A stretch of DNA of 64,000 bases from an uncultured Pelagibacteraceae bacterium (GTDB lineage Bacteria > Pseudomonadota > Alphaproteobacteria > Pelagibacterales > AG-422-B15): positions 160,034 through 224,033 of the forward strand of contig CACCCN010000001.1 in NCBI GenBank assembly GCA_902544525.1, read 5' to 3'. Of the stretch, positions 42,721-52,849 are shown one piece after another; positions within the stretch are counted from its first letter, which is position 1; each line of letters begins with the position of its first letter. Position numbers and translations under genes: made by a program. Below the pieces are notes generated by a model. That model saw only the letters and a list, made by a program, of their open reading frames with translations, was not told the origin of the DNA and ran no database searches.

Positions 42721-43857
42721 TTAAATGCGCATTGGCATTAAAACAAAAAATAGATTGTCCTCAGCGTTATCAACTATAAGCACTGGTGCAGCTGGGTCTG
42801 AAAAATTTAAAGTTACTTCATTTCCATCAATTTCAGTTATAATATCTAGTAAATATCTAGAGTTAAATCCTATTTCAAGTTTATCATGTATAAAATCAAC
42901 ATCGAGCTCTTCAATTGCAGAACCTTTGCTTGCACTATTGGCTAACAACTGTAATTTATTATTTTCAATTACTAATTTTAATCCTCTTGACTTTGTTTCT
43001 TCACTTACTGCTATTGCTGAAACTCTCTCAATTGCTCCCTTCAATTCAGTAATGTTTGTTTTAAGCTTCTTATCATTATTTTCTGGAATGACTTTAGTAT
43101 AATCAGGAAAAGTTCCATCTATAACTTTTGATACAAGTTCTATTTCGCTAAATACAAATTTTACCTTACTTGAAGAAAGCTCAATTTGTACATCACCGTT
43201 AGCATCATCAAGTATTCTTCTTAGTTCTAAAGTTGTTTTTTTTGGAATTATAATACCTGACATCTTCTCGGCACCATGTGGAAGTGGCATGTCATACTGA
43301 GCCAGCCTATGTCCATCTGTTGCTACAGAACGCAAAACATCTATTCCATTTTTATGAGCTGAATGAAAGAAAATTCCATTCAGGTAATATCGTGATTCTT
43401 CGTTAGAAATAGCAAATTTGGTTTTATCAATCATAGTTTTTAGATCATCAACACTCATTACAAATTTAACTGACAGATCATCTTGAGAAATGTCAGGAAA
43501 ATCATCGGTTGGTAATGTAGATAAATTAAATCTAGATCTGCCTGATTTTATATTTATGCTATTACCATTTTCATCCATACTTATATCGATATCTGAACCT
43601 TGAGGTAATTTTTTTACAATTTCATGCAGTGTTATTGCTGGCACTGAAATTTCACCATTTATATCTATGTTGGCTGAGATTTGTTCAGAACATAATATAT
43701 CAAGATTGGTGGATGAGAGTTTTAGCTGAGTATCCTCTGCTTTAATTATTACATTTGATAAAATAGGTAGAGTATGCCTTAATTCTACTACTCCCTGTAA
43801 GTGTGACAATGCCTTTGAAAGATCAGAGCTATTAACTTTTAATTTCATAATTCGCAT
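42721..43857 (-). CDS. dnaN: DNA polymerase III beta clamp
   Basis: TLPILSNV, ESRYYLNG, VATDGHRLA, GTFPDY, VLMPMRI; start could be 43848. Confidence 0.97.
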   Translation of the reverse strand: MRIMKLKVNSSDLSKALSHLQGVVELRHTLPILSNVIIKAEDTQLKLSSTNLDILCSEQISANIDINGEISVPAITLHEIVKKLPQGSDIDISMDENGNSINIKSGRSRFNLSTLPTDDFPDISQDDLSVKFVMSVDDLKTMIDKTKFAISNEESRYYLNGIFFHSAHKNGIDVLRSVATDGHRLAQYDMPLPHGAEKMSGIIIPKKTTLELRRILDDANGDVQIELSSSKVKFVFSEIELVSKVIDGTFPDYTKVIPENNDKKLKTNITELKGAIERVSAIAVSEETKSRGLKLVIENNKLQLLANSASKGSAIEELDVDFIHDKLEIGFNSRYLLDIITEIDGNEVTLNFSDPAAPVLIVDNAEDNLFFVLMPMRI

Positions 43858-43917
43858 TATACATAATTTAGTAGGGACTTGTTAAAAAAATGAATAATAT
43901 TTTTTTAAGCTAATGTT

Positions 43918-45330
43918 TTAAGAAGAAGTAATAATTTGAGTTAAAACATTAATATCTTCATCAAATTTATTCGACTCAGACTTAAGTTGATCGACTTTTT
44001 TTACAGCGTGAATTACTGTAGTGTGGTCTCTGCCTCCAAATTTTCTTCCAATTTCTGGCAAAGACCTTGATGTAAGCTTTTTTGATAAATACATTGCTAT
44101 TTGTCGAGGCCTTGCAAATGACCTAATTCTTTTAGAAGACATAATATCATCTACTTTAATATTAAAATAATTAGCAACTTTTAATTGAATTTCATCAATA
44201 GTAATTCTTCTATTGCTTGATCTTAACAAATCTTTAAGGACTGCTTGAGCTAATTCAACATCAACTTCTTTATGCATTAGATTGGCAAAGGTCACAACCT
44301 TATTTAAGGCACCTTCTAATTCTCTAACATTATTCGATATAGTTTTGGCTAAAAAGACAATAACATCCTCAGTAACCTGAATTTTATTTTCATATTTTAA
44401 ACTAAGCTCATTAGCTTTCCTCTTTAAAATCTCATATCTTAAATCATAGCTAGCAGGTAAAATATCGGCCACAAGTCCCCAGGAAAGTCTAGACTTAATC
44501 CTATCATCAAAGCTGTCTAAGTCGCTAGGCGCTCTATCAGAGGAAATTATAACTTTTTTATTTAGATCTAATAGAGAATTAAATGTATGGAAGAATTCTT
44601 CTTGAGTTGAGGATTTACCCATCATGAATTGAATATCATCAATAATCAAAACATCAACTGATCTGAATTTTTGTTTAAACGACATTGTATCTTTTTGTCT
44701 CAAAGACTTAATAAATTGAAACATGAATCTTTCAGCTGAAAGATAAAGTACTTTTACATTCTCATCATGATTTTTAATTTCCCAAGCAATAGAATGCATT
44801 AAGTGTGTTTTGCCGAGACCAACACCGCCATAGATGAATAGAGGATTAAAGTCAAATTTTTCTGGCTGGGCCATACGTTTTGCTGAAGCAAATGCAAGTT
44901 CGTTAGGGTGTCCAACTACAAATTTTTCAAACTTAAAACGCTCATCTAAGGGCCAATCATCAGACTGATGTGTATAAGAAATTTCCTTCGATTTTCTATT
45001 TTTTTCAACAAAAATCTCATTATTGCTACTTTCCTGGCTAGCAAATAGCATAGAATCTACAATTATTTTTACTCTCTTAATTTCAGGGTTTTCTTCGCTT
45101 ATATAAAATATGATTTTGTCCACGTAATGAGCAGTGATCCAATCTCTCACAAATTTTGATGGGACTGAAAAAACTAATGTTTCACTTTCTAGAGATTTAA
45201 CATTAAGATTTTTTAGCCAACTATTATAAATCTCATTGCCATATTCTTTGTTGAGTTTTTTAAGAACTAAATACCATGTAGTTTTAATATCTGAGACAAG
45301 AGGCTGATGTGAATTTAAATCTTGTACCAT
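43918..45330 (-). CDS. dnaA: Chromosomal replication initiator
   Basis: NPLFIYGGVGLGKTHL, IDDIQF, NVRELEGAL, RPRQIAMYL, FGGRDHTTV. Confidence 0.97.
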   Translation of the reverse strand: MVQDLNSHQPLVSDIKTTWYLVLKKLNKEYGNEIYNSWLKNLNVKSLESETLVFSVPSKFVRDWITAHYVDKIIFYISEENPEIKRVKIIVDSMLFASQESSNNEIFVEKNRKSKEISYTHQSDDWPLDERFKFEKFVVGHPNELAFASAKRMAQPEKFDFNPLFIYGGVGLGKTHLMHSIAWEIKNHDENVKVLYLSAERFMFQFIKSLRQKDTMSFKQKFRSVDVLIIDDIQFMMGKSSTQEEFFHTFNSLLDLNKKVIISSDRAPSDLDSFDDRIKSRLSWGLVADILPASYDLRYEILKRKANELSLKYENKIQVTEDVIVFLAKTISNNVRELEGALNKVVTFANLMHKEVDVELAQAVLKDLLRSSNRRITIDEIQLKVANYFNIKVDDIMSSKRIRSFARPRQIAMYLSKKLTSRSLPEIGRKFGGRDHTTVIHAVKKVDQLKSESNKFDEDINVLTQIITSS

Positions 45331-45505
45331 TAAAAGTTTGCCTCTCTGATTGAAAAAAATTGTAACTAATTTTTTTTGAAATTAACACAATTGTTTTTAT
45401 TTTTTTTAAAAAACCAAACTAACCATATTTAAAAAAATACTTTTTTAAACAAAACTTGTTTTAAATTTTTTGAAAAATTAATAAAATGATTATTATTAAT
45501 TTGGA

Positions 45506-45536
45506 TTAACTTAGCGTTAATAATTTTGAATCGCAA
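45506..45536 (-). promoter_or_regulatory. Predicted dnaA promoter with an overlapping GANTC site and a CtrA-like box
   Basis: Minus strand TTGCGA (45536-45531)-N17-TAAGTT (45513-45508); GAATC at 45528-45532; TTAA-N7-TTAA at 45506-45520. Confidence 0.5.
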
Positions 45537-45672
45537 TGAGAAAAATAAAATAATTAGGAGCTAACTTTTATTAATATAATTAACTTCCATTTCACAAATC
45601 TATGGGCTTAAGATGAAATGTTTTGATAGCAGATTGAATAATACTTTTAAGTATCAGAAAAATATTGATTTA

Positions 45673-45936
45673 TTAATTTAATGCTTTTACTTTTTTTACA
45701 AGCCTAGAGACTTTTCTTGCAGCTGTATTTTTGTGCAGAATTCCTTTTGATACTGCACTCATTATTTCAGCTTCCGCAACCTTTACTGATGTTTGCGCCT
45801 GAGATTTCAAACCTTTATCAATATCTTGTTCTGTTTTTTTAACATAGGTACGATATCTGTTTCTCACAGCTTTGTTTATTGCAGTTTTTCTCTCGATAAC
45901 TCTAACTTTAGTTTTAGCAGATTTGGTATTGGCCAT
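45673..45936 (-). CDS. rpsT: 30S ribosomal protein S20
   Basis: MANTKSAK, KGILHKNTAARKVSRL. Confidence 0.96.
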   Translation of the reverse strand: MANTKSAKTKVRVIERKTAINKAVRNRYRTYVKKTEQDIDKGLKSQAQTSVKVAEAEIMSAVSKGILHKNTAARKVSRLVKKVKALN

Positions 45937-45970
45937 TTTTTTTAAAATTCTATTTATTATTTATTCGCAG

Positions 45971-46804
45971 TTACTTCTGACATTTATTGCAGTAGAAACT
46001 TGAACGTTGGCCTATCATTATTCTCAATATCCTAGATTTACAAGTTTTTTTTCTACAAAATTTACCGTCTCTTCCATATACTTCAAACTCTCTCTGAAAG
46101 AAGCCAAGGTTGCCATCAACTAAAGAGTAATCATTAATAGACGACCCACCTAATTTAATTGAGCGTTTAAGGACTTTTTTAATCGATTTCACTAATCTAT
46201 CACACTCTTTTGAGGTAAGAGACTTAGCAATTCTGTTTGGCTTTATTTTTGCTTTATATAATGATTCTGAGGCATAAATATTGCCAACCCCAACAACGAC
46301 TAATTGGTTCATAATTATTGACTTAATATTAGTTTTTCTAAATTTTATAGAATTCAAAAGGTAATTTTTACAAAACTCAGGGCTAAGTGGTTCGGGAGCT
46401 AAATTTTTTAATAATTTGTGCTTATATAAGTTATTCGTCTGACAAATTAAAATCGAGCCAAATCTTCTAGGATCTATAAATTTAAGTTTTTTCTTATTAG
46501 AAGTTATAAATTCTAAATGCGTGTGCTTAAAAATTCTTTCATTATTATTCAGATTCTCTATTGCAATTCTTCCTGACATCCCAAGATGGATAATTAAAGT
46601 TATATTATTATCTAGTTGGATTAAAATATACTTTGCTCTTCTACTAACTTTATTGATTTTAGTACCTATAACCTTCTTTTCAAACTTAGGATCCATGCTA
46701 AATCTTAAATCTCTTCGATAAACTAATACCTGTTTAATCTTTTTGTTTATTAGTTCGGTCCTAATTCCTTGAGTAACTGTCTCAACTTCTGGCAATTCTG
46801 GCAT
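45971..46804 (-). CDS. mutM: Formamidopyrimidine-DNA glycosylase
   Basis: MPELPEVET, HLGMSG, DPRRFG, GVGNIYASE, C-terminal zinc finger. Confidence 0.97.
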   Translation of the reverse strand: MPELPEVETVTQGIRTELINKKIKQVLVYRRDLRFSMDPKFEKKVIGTKINKVSRRAKYILIQLDNNITLIIHLGMSGRIAIENLNNNERIFKHTHLEFITSNKKKLKFIDPRRFGSILICQTNNLYKHKLLKNLAPEPLSPEFCKNYLLNSIKFRKTNIKSIIMNQLVVVGVGNIYASESLYKAKIKPNRIAKSLTSKECDRLVKSIKKVLKRSIKLGGSSINDYSLVDGNLGFFQREFEVYGRDGKFCRKKTCKSRILRIMIGQRSSFYCNKCQK

Positions 46805-46868
46805 CGGATAAGTATATATTTAAAATCTTATCAGAAGGTAGTAAAAGTATTCTTAATTTAATAGATGT

Positions 46869-47549
46869 ATGGAAACAAAACAGGTTTTTGATAAAGTCGC
46901 AAATAAATATGATTTGATGAATGATATAATGTCATTTGGAACTCATAGGTATTGGAAGGAATGTCTAATTGATTGGCTACAACCTAAGCCCGGAATGAGT
47001 ATAGTTGATGTTGCAGGAGGTACCGGTGACATTTCGAAACGATTTTTAAAAAGAGTTAAGGGAATAGGAAAAGCTAATATTTGTGACCCAAATGTAAATA
47101 TGCTTGAAAATGGCTCTAAAAATATTCATATTTATGAAAATTGTATATCTAGAACATGCGCACCAGCTGAAAATTTACCTTTTAATAATAAAACTTTTGA
47201 TGCCTACATTGTTAGCTTTGGTATTAGAAACTTTAATGACATTAACAAGGGTCTAGAAGAAGCTTTAAGAGTTTTAAAGCCCGGTGGAAGATTTATGTGC
47301 TTAGAATTTTCAAAATTAGAAAATTCAAATTTAGCCAAAATATATGAGAAATATTCTCAAATGATTCCTAAAGTGGGAAAACTAGTGGTAGGTGATGAAG
47401 AGCCCTATCAATACTTAGTCGACACTATAGAAAAATTTCCCTCACAACAAGAATTTAAAGAAATCATAAAAAATAATGGGTTCATAGATGTAGAGTATAG
47501 AAATATATTTAATGGCGTAGTTGCTATTCATTCAGCTTGGAAAAAATAA
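46869..47549 (+). CDS. ubiE: Ubiquinone/menaquinone C-methyltransferase
   Basis: VFDKVANKYDLMNDIMSFG, DVAGGTGD, FGIRN, RVLKPGG..LEFS. Confidence 0.95.
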   Translation: METKQVFDKVANKYDLMNDIMSFGTHRYWKECLIDWLQPKPGMSIVDVAGGTGDISKRFLKRVKGIGKANICDPNVNMLENGSKNIHIYENCISRTCAPAENLPFNNKTFDAYIVSFGIRNFNDINKGLEEALRVLKPGGRFMCLEFSKLENSNLAKIYEKYSQMIPKVGKLVVGDEEPYQYLVDTIEKFPSQQEFKEIIKNNGFIDVEYRNIFNGVVAIHSAWKK

Positions 47550-47553
47550 TTAT

Positions 47554-49095
47554 ATGATTGCTAACTTTATATTCTTTCTAAAAATAGTTCGTGTATTCAA
47601 GCGATATAATATTCTTATACTCATTGAGAAAAATATTAGATTCAAATTACTTTTTAGAATTTTTACTTTTTTATTAGCCCCTTTTACTTTTGTCCAAGCA
47701 AAAGGACAAGATTCTGATGGTATTAGAATTTCTTCTGCTCTTAATGAATTAGGGCCCTCTTTTATTAAGCTTGGCCAACTCATTTCTACCCGACCAGACA
47801 TTATAGGCAATGAAATAGCTGAAGACATGGCCATGCTTCGAGACAATCTACCTCCATTTCCAAAAAATGAGGCTATCAAGATAATTGAAGATCAATTTGG
47901 CAGAAAAATAGACGACATATTTATGAATTTTAGCGAACCAGTAGCAGCCGCATCTATTGCACAAGTTCATTTTGCCGAAATCAATGATAACGGAAAAATC
48001 ACACCAGTAGCAGTGAAAATATTAAGACCTAAAATAATAGAGACAATTGATGAGGAAATGAGTCGTCTAGATTGGCTTACAGGATTTCTTGAGAATTTTA
48101 GTGAACTTGAAAGATTACAATTAAATTCTGTTATCAAAAAGGCAAAGGAGATTATTAGGTTTGAATTAGATTTAAGATATGAAGCTGCAGCAGCATCAGA
48201 ACTAAAAGAAAATACAAAAAATGATCATAGCTTTTATGTTCCTAAAATATATTGGGAAAATGTGACTAAAAAGGTTCTTACAATTGAAAGAATCAGCGGT
48301 ACACCCGCGGATAAAATTGAGTTGCTAAGAACAAATAATATTAACTTGAGAAAGATTGCAGACCAATTAATTATAAATTTCTTGAGACAGGCAATCAGAG
48401 ATGGCTACTTTCACGCTGATTTACATCAGGGTAATCTATTTATAGATGAAAATAGTAATTTGATTGCTGTTGATTTTGGTATCATGGGTAGACTTGATAA
48501 AAAAAATAGGAGATTTCTAGCTGAAATAATTTTTGGTTTTATAAATCAAGACTATTTAAAAATAGCAAAAATTCATAAGGAAGCTGGTTTAATTGATAGC
48601 GATCAGTCAGTTGATGATTTTTCTCAAGCGCTTCGCTCAATAGGTGAGCCAATTATTAATCAAAAAGCAAAAGATATATCAATGGGAAGAGTATTGGTGC
48701 AATTATTTGATATCACGAAACAATTTAATATGTCATTGCAACCTCAATTACTTTTACTCCAAAAAACTATGATAATTGTTGAGGGTGTTGCAAGAAAGTT
48801 TAATCCTGAAATCAATTTTTGGGAAATCTCCAAACCAGAAATAGAGCTGTGGCTTAAAGATGAACTTGGACCTTTAACCAAACTAAAAGAGACAAGCGAA
48901 GTTTTACAATCTTTAGCTCGCAAAGTTCCTGATATTCCTGATTTTCTCGATAGAGCTGAAAATGCATTTGATATTATTATGGAAAATAAAAAAACTATAA
49001 ACACCCATCAATACAAGAAAAAAAGTTTTAAAACACTTATTGGATTTACCTCTGGAATTGCAGTTATTTTTATTGCGACTATGTTATTGATATAA
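47554..49095 (+). CDS. ubiB: Ubiquinone biosynthesis kinase-like protein
   Basis: LGPSFIKLGQ, AAASIAQVH, VAVKILRP, FHADLHQGN, DFGIMG; start moved to ATG 47554. Confidence 0.94.
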   Translation: MIANFIFFLKIVRVFKRYNILILIEKNIRFKLLFRIFTFLLAPFTFVQAKGQDSDGIRISSALNELGPSFIKLGQLISTRPDIIGNEIAEDMAMLRDNLPPFPKNEAIKIIEDQFGRKIDDIFMNFSEPVAAASIAQVHFAEINDNGKITPVAVKILRPKIIETIDEEMSRLDWLTGFLENFSELERLQLNSVIKKAKEIIRFELDLRYEAAAASELKENTKNDHSFYVPKIYWENVTKKVLTIERISGTPADKIELLRTNNINLRKIADQLIINFLRQAIRDGYFHADLHQGNLFIDENSNLIAVDFGIMGRLDKKNRRFLAEIIFGFINQDYLKIAKIHKEAGLIDSDQSVDDFSQALRSIGEPIINQKAKDISMGRVLVQLFDITKQFNMSLQPQLLLLQKTMIIVEGVARKFNPEINFWEISKPEIELWLKDELGPLTKLKETSEVLQSLARKVPDIPDFLDRAENAFDIIMENKKTINTHQYKKKSFKTLIGFTSGIAVIFIATMLLI

Positions 49096-49158
49096 ATCAA
49101 TTTTTTTAGTGCTTTATTGTTTTACATATCTTAATCTTAACGTTAAATACGTGCTGCA

Positions 49159-50358
49159 ATGAAAATGATTAAAAGTATTCTGCTAATTATAACAGGTGGT
49201 ATTGCTGCCTATAAATCACTAGAACTAATTCGCAAATTAAAAGAACGAAATATTGATGTTACTTGTGTGCTGACAAAATCAGGGAGTGAGTTTGTCACAC
49301 CTTTATCCGTAGCAAGTCTTTCAGGCAATCATGTTTTTTCTGAATTATTTAATCTTACCGATGAAAATAAAATGGGTCACATTGAATTATCAAGAAGTAC
49401 CGACTTAGTTTTAGTTGCACCTGCCACTACCAACATTATATCTAAAATGGCTTATGGATCTTGTGACGACTTAGCTTCAACTATATTAATGGCAACTAAC
49501 AAGCCTGTAATGGTCGTACCGGCTATGAATGTAAGAATGTGGCATAATGCTGCTACTCAAAGAAATATACAAACTCTAATTGATGATGGCATAAAATTTA
49601 TTGGTCCCAATAAAGGTGATATGGCGTGTGGTGAATATGGTCTAGGTAGAATGTCGGAGCCTCAAGAAATTATAAATTCAATTATTGAATATGATAATTC
49701 GCTAATACATCAACCATTAAAGAATTTTTCTGCATTTGTTACAGCTGGACCAACTAGAGAGAAGATAGATCCAGTTAGATTCATAAGTAATGAGTCATCA
49801 GGTAAACAAGGATATGCAATAGCTCAGAGCTTATTTAATATGGGAGCTAAAACAACCTTAATAACTGGACCAACAAATATTCCGTTGCCAGAAGGACCAT
49901 CAATTATAAAAGTTAATACAGCAGAGGAAATGTTAGACGCTTGCGAACAACAGTTACCTGCTGATATAGCTATATGTTCTGCTGCTGTAAGTGACTATAG
50001 GGTAAATAATAAAAAAAACTCTAAAATAAAGAAAACTGGCGAGAATATCTCTTTAGATTTATCTGAAAACCCTGACATATTAAATAGGATTAGTAAAAGA
50101 AATGCTAATAGGCCAAGTCTCGTAATTGGTTTTGCTGCTGAAACAGGTGAGGTAGAAAAAAATGCTAAATTAAAACTTTATTCAAAAGGTTGTGACTGGA
50201 TTCTTGCTAATGACGTTTCTGATGGTAAAGTTTTTAATCAGGATATAAATAAAATTACATTTATCACTGATAGTATAACTGAAAAATGGAATGAAATGAG
50301 TAAAGATGATGTGGCTAGTAAACTATCTACTAACATTATAAACCACTTTTCAGCTTAA
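49159..50358 (+). CDS. coaBC: Phosphopantothenoylcysteine decarboxylase/ligase
   Basis: TGGIAAYK, GHIELSR, PAMN, TAGPTREKIDPVRFISNESSGKQG, GFAAET. Confidence 0.96.
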   Translation: MKMIKSILLIITGGIAAYKSLELIRKLKERNIDVTCVLTKSGSEFVTPLSVASLSGNHVFSELFNLTDENKMGHIELSRSTDLVLVAPATTNIISKMAYGSCDDLASTILMATNKPVMVVPAMNVRMWHNAATQRNIQTLIDDGIKFIGPNKGDMACGEYGLGRMSEPQEIINSIIEYDNSLIHQPLKNFSAFVTAGPTREKIDPVRFISNESSGKQGYAIAQSLFNMGAKTTLITGPTNIPLPEGPSIIKVNTAEEMLDACEQQLPADIAICSAAVSDYRVNNKKNSKIKKTGENISLDLSENPDILNRISKRNANRPSLVIGFAAETGEVEKNAKLKLYSKGCDWILANDVSDGKVFNQDINKITFITDSITEKWNEMSKDDVASKLSTNIINHFSA

Positions 50359-50359
50359 A

Positions 50360-50809
50360 ATGGAGACTAGAAGAATCCTCATAAAAAAAGTATCTACAAA
50401 TCCATTATTTAAATTGCCCAAGTATGAGTCAAATGGTGCTGCTGGAATGGATCTTTCGGCTGATATTGATGCCGAAGTTGAATTGAAACCACTTGAAAGG
50501 TTCCTTTTTCCAACAGGTATAGCTATAAGTTTACCTAAAGACCTTGAAGCTCAAATAAGACCACGGTCAGGATTGGCAATTAAAAATGGTATCACTCTTT
50601 TAAATACACCTGGAACAGTTGATTCTGATTATAGAGGTGAAATTAAAGTTATATTAGTTAATATTAGCAATGATAAATATACAATTAAGCCAGGAGATAG
50701 AATAGCTCAAATGGTCTTATCACAATTTGTACAGGGTCAATTTGAGTTAGTTGAAAATTTAGACGAAACTGATAGAGGATCTTCTGGATTTGGCTCTACT
50801 GGAAAGTAA
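50360..50809 (+). CDS. dut: dUTP diphosphatase
   Basis: AAGMDL, RPRSGLA, GTVDSDYRGE, RIAQ, RGSSGFGSTG. Confidence 0.97.
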   Translation: METRRILIKKVSTNPLFKLPKYESNGAAGMDLSADIDAEVELKPLERFLFPTGIAISLPKDLEAQIRPRSGLAIKNGITLLNTPGTVDSDYRGEIKVILVNISNDKYTIKPGDRIAQMVLSQFVQGQFELVENLDETDRGSSGFGSTGK

Positions 50810-50823
50810 TAAATTTCGCAAAA

Positions 50824-52314
50824 ATGTCAAAAGAAGCTTTTATTGTTCTAGGTAATCAATTATTTCCACTCAATCATATTGAAGATTTTAAATCATGCCA
50901 TTTCTTTATGGCTGAAGATTATGATTTATGTACTTATTTTAAATTTCACAAGCACAAATTAATTTTTTACTTATCAGCAATGCGTGAATACAAAGACGCA
51001 CTAATAAAAAATAAATATAAATGTACATATTGTAAATTAGATGGGCAAAAAATAAATCATAAATATGAAGATAAATTAGAATTATTTATTAACAAAAATA
51101 AAATTAAGAAATTGAAAATTTTTGAGATACCAGATTCTTTTTTTCGGAATAGAATCGTTAATTTCTGTAAGAAAAAAAATATAGATCTTGAAATTATTCA
51201 AAGTCCAATGTTTATGTCTGATAGAGCTCTATTGAAAGAATATTTTGAAAAAAATAAAAAGCCGTTTTTAAATAATTTCTATAAACTTCAAAGAATTAAT
51301 CAAAATATTCTAATTAAAAATAATCTACCTACAGGTGGCAAATGGTCATTTGATGAAGATAATCGAAAGAAACTTCCAAAAAATATACAAATTCCACCTA
51401 TCAAATTACCCTCAGAAAATAAAAATATAAAAGATGTTAAAATTTTAATTGATGAGAAATTTAAAAAACATCCAGGAAATATTAGTGGTTTTTTAATACC
51501 AACCAATAGGGAAACAGCATCGAATTGGTTACAGAGTTTTTTTAAGGACAGATTTAAAAATTTTGGGGATTATGAAGACGCATTGACTACGGAGTCAAAT
51601 CTAGTTTTTCATAGTCTCCTTAGTCCATTACTAAATATTGGCTTACTTGTTCCAAGTGAGGTCATTCAAGAAGCATTGAAATATCATAAAAAAAATAAAA
51701 TCCCTCTAAATAGCTTTGAGGGATTCATTAGACAAATACTTGGTTGGAGAGAGTTTATAAAAGGAACTTATGATAAATACGAAAATCAGATGGTTAAAGG
51801 AAATTTTTGGAATCATAAGCGAAAGCTTACTTCCTCATGGTACACTGGAACAACAGGCATTGACCCTCTAGATCATTTTATTAAGGAAGTTAATGCGTCT
51901 GGATATACTCATCATATACCAAGATTAATGGTGATCAGTAACATAATGAACTTAGCGGGTATACATCCAAAAGAAATTTATCGTTGGTTTATGGAAATGT
52001 TTGTTGACTCTAGTGATTGGGTGATGGTTCCAAATGTATTCAGTATGGGAACTTTTAGTGATGGAGGAATATTTGCAACCAAACCTTATATATGTGGTTC
52101 AAACTATATTTTAAAAATGAGTAACTTTAAAAAAGGTGAGTGGTGTGACATTGTTGATGGTCTTTATTGGAGTTTTATAGAACGCAATATGAGTGAAATA
52201 AAAAAAAATTATAGAATGTCAATGATGGCAAATGCTTATAAGAAAATATCAGAAGAGAGAAAAAAAACTATCTTTACAAAAGCTAATAAATTTATAAAAA
52301 ATAATTCTAACTAG
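50824..52314 (+). CDS. Cryptochrome/photolyase, bacterial (6-4) photolyase (PhrB/CryB-related) family
   Basis: LGNQLF, HKHKL, GGKWSFDEDNRK, FGDYEDA, EGFIRQILGWREF, HHIPRLM, WVMVPNV, ATKPYICGSNYI. Confidence 0.88.
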   Translation: MSKEAFIVLGNQLFPLNHIEDFKSCHFFMAEDYDLCTYFKFHKHKLIFYLSAMREYKDALIKNKYKCTYCKLDGQKINHKYEDKLELFINKNKIKKLKIFEIPDSFFRNRIVNFCKKKNIDLEIIQSPMFMSDRALLKEYFEKNKKPFLNNFYKLQRINQNILIKNNLPTGGKWSFDEDNRKKLPKNIQIPPIKLPSENKNIKDVKILIDEKFKKHPGNISGFLIPTNRETASNWLQSFFKDRFKNFGDYEDALTTESNLVFHSLLSPLLNIGLLVPSEVIQEALKYHKKNKIPLNSFEGFIRQILGWREFIKGTYDKYENQMVKGNFWNHKRKLTSSWYTGTTGIDPLDHFIKEVNASGYTHHIPRLMVISNIMNLAGIHPKEIYRWFMEMFVDSSDWVMVPNVFSMGTFSDGGIFATKPYICGSNYILKMSNFKKGEWCDIVDGLYWSFIERNMSEIKKNYRMSMMANAYKKISEERKKTIFTKANKFIKNNSN

Positions 52315-52360
52315 AACTATTGTTTTCTTTTATATAAAAAAAGAAATTTCTATTTTGATC

Positions 52361-52756
52361 TTAGTCTTCTAAATGAATAATAAGCTCTACTTTTTTAATT
52401 TTTTTTCCTTTGGGCGGACGTGGCATAGAACTGATGATAACATCATTACTTTTAATATCTGAAATCATTTTTTCTTTATCTGAAAAGAAGTGATGATGAG
52501 AATTTGTGTTAGTATCAAAATAAACTTTGTCTGTGTCTATAATAATTTTATTTAATAACTCCTTTTTACAAAACTCATGAAGCGTATTATATACAGTAGC
52601 CAATGAAACACCGTTACTTTCATTAGAGAGTTGTTTAAACAAGCTTTCAGCTGTGACATGTTTATCAATGCCATCAAATAGAAAATTTCCAATCAAAACT
52701 CGTTGTTTTGTTGGTCTTAATTGGTTTGCTCTTAAAATTTCTTTTGTTTTATGCAT
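52361..52756 (-). CDS. irr: Fur-family iron response regulator Irr
   Basis: LRPTKQR, HVTAE, SLATVYNTL, YFDTN..HHHFF; divergent from fabA. Confidence 0.85.
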   Translation of the reverse strand: MHKTKEILRANQLRPTKQRVLIGNFLFDGIDKHVTAESLFKQLSNESNGVSLATVYNTLHEFCKKELLNKIIIDTDKVYFDTNTNSHHHFFSDKEKMISDIKSNDVIISSMPRPPKGKKIKKVELIIHLED

Positions 52757-52849
52757 ATTGATAATATTTAATAAAATTTAATGTATTTTACAATCTAAAT
52801 ACTCTAATGTGATTAAAATCTAAGTAAAACAAACAGATAGTAGATAAAT

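Noticed and set aside
45331-45672. oriC next to dnaA
   Set aside because: AT-rich, but I found no cluster of TTATCCACA-like boxes; alphaproteobacterial origins are often unlinked to dnaA.
52757-52849. Irr (ICE) box between irr and fabA
   Set aside because: No TTTAGAA-N3-TTCTAAA match; irr-fabA adjacency is ordinary synteny.
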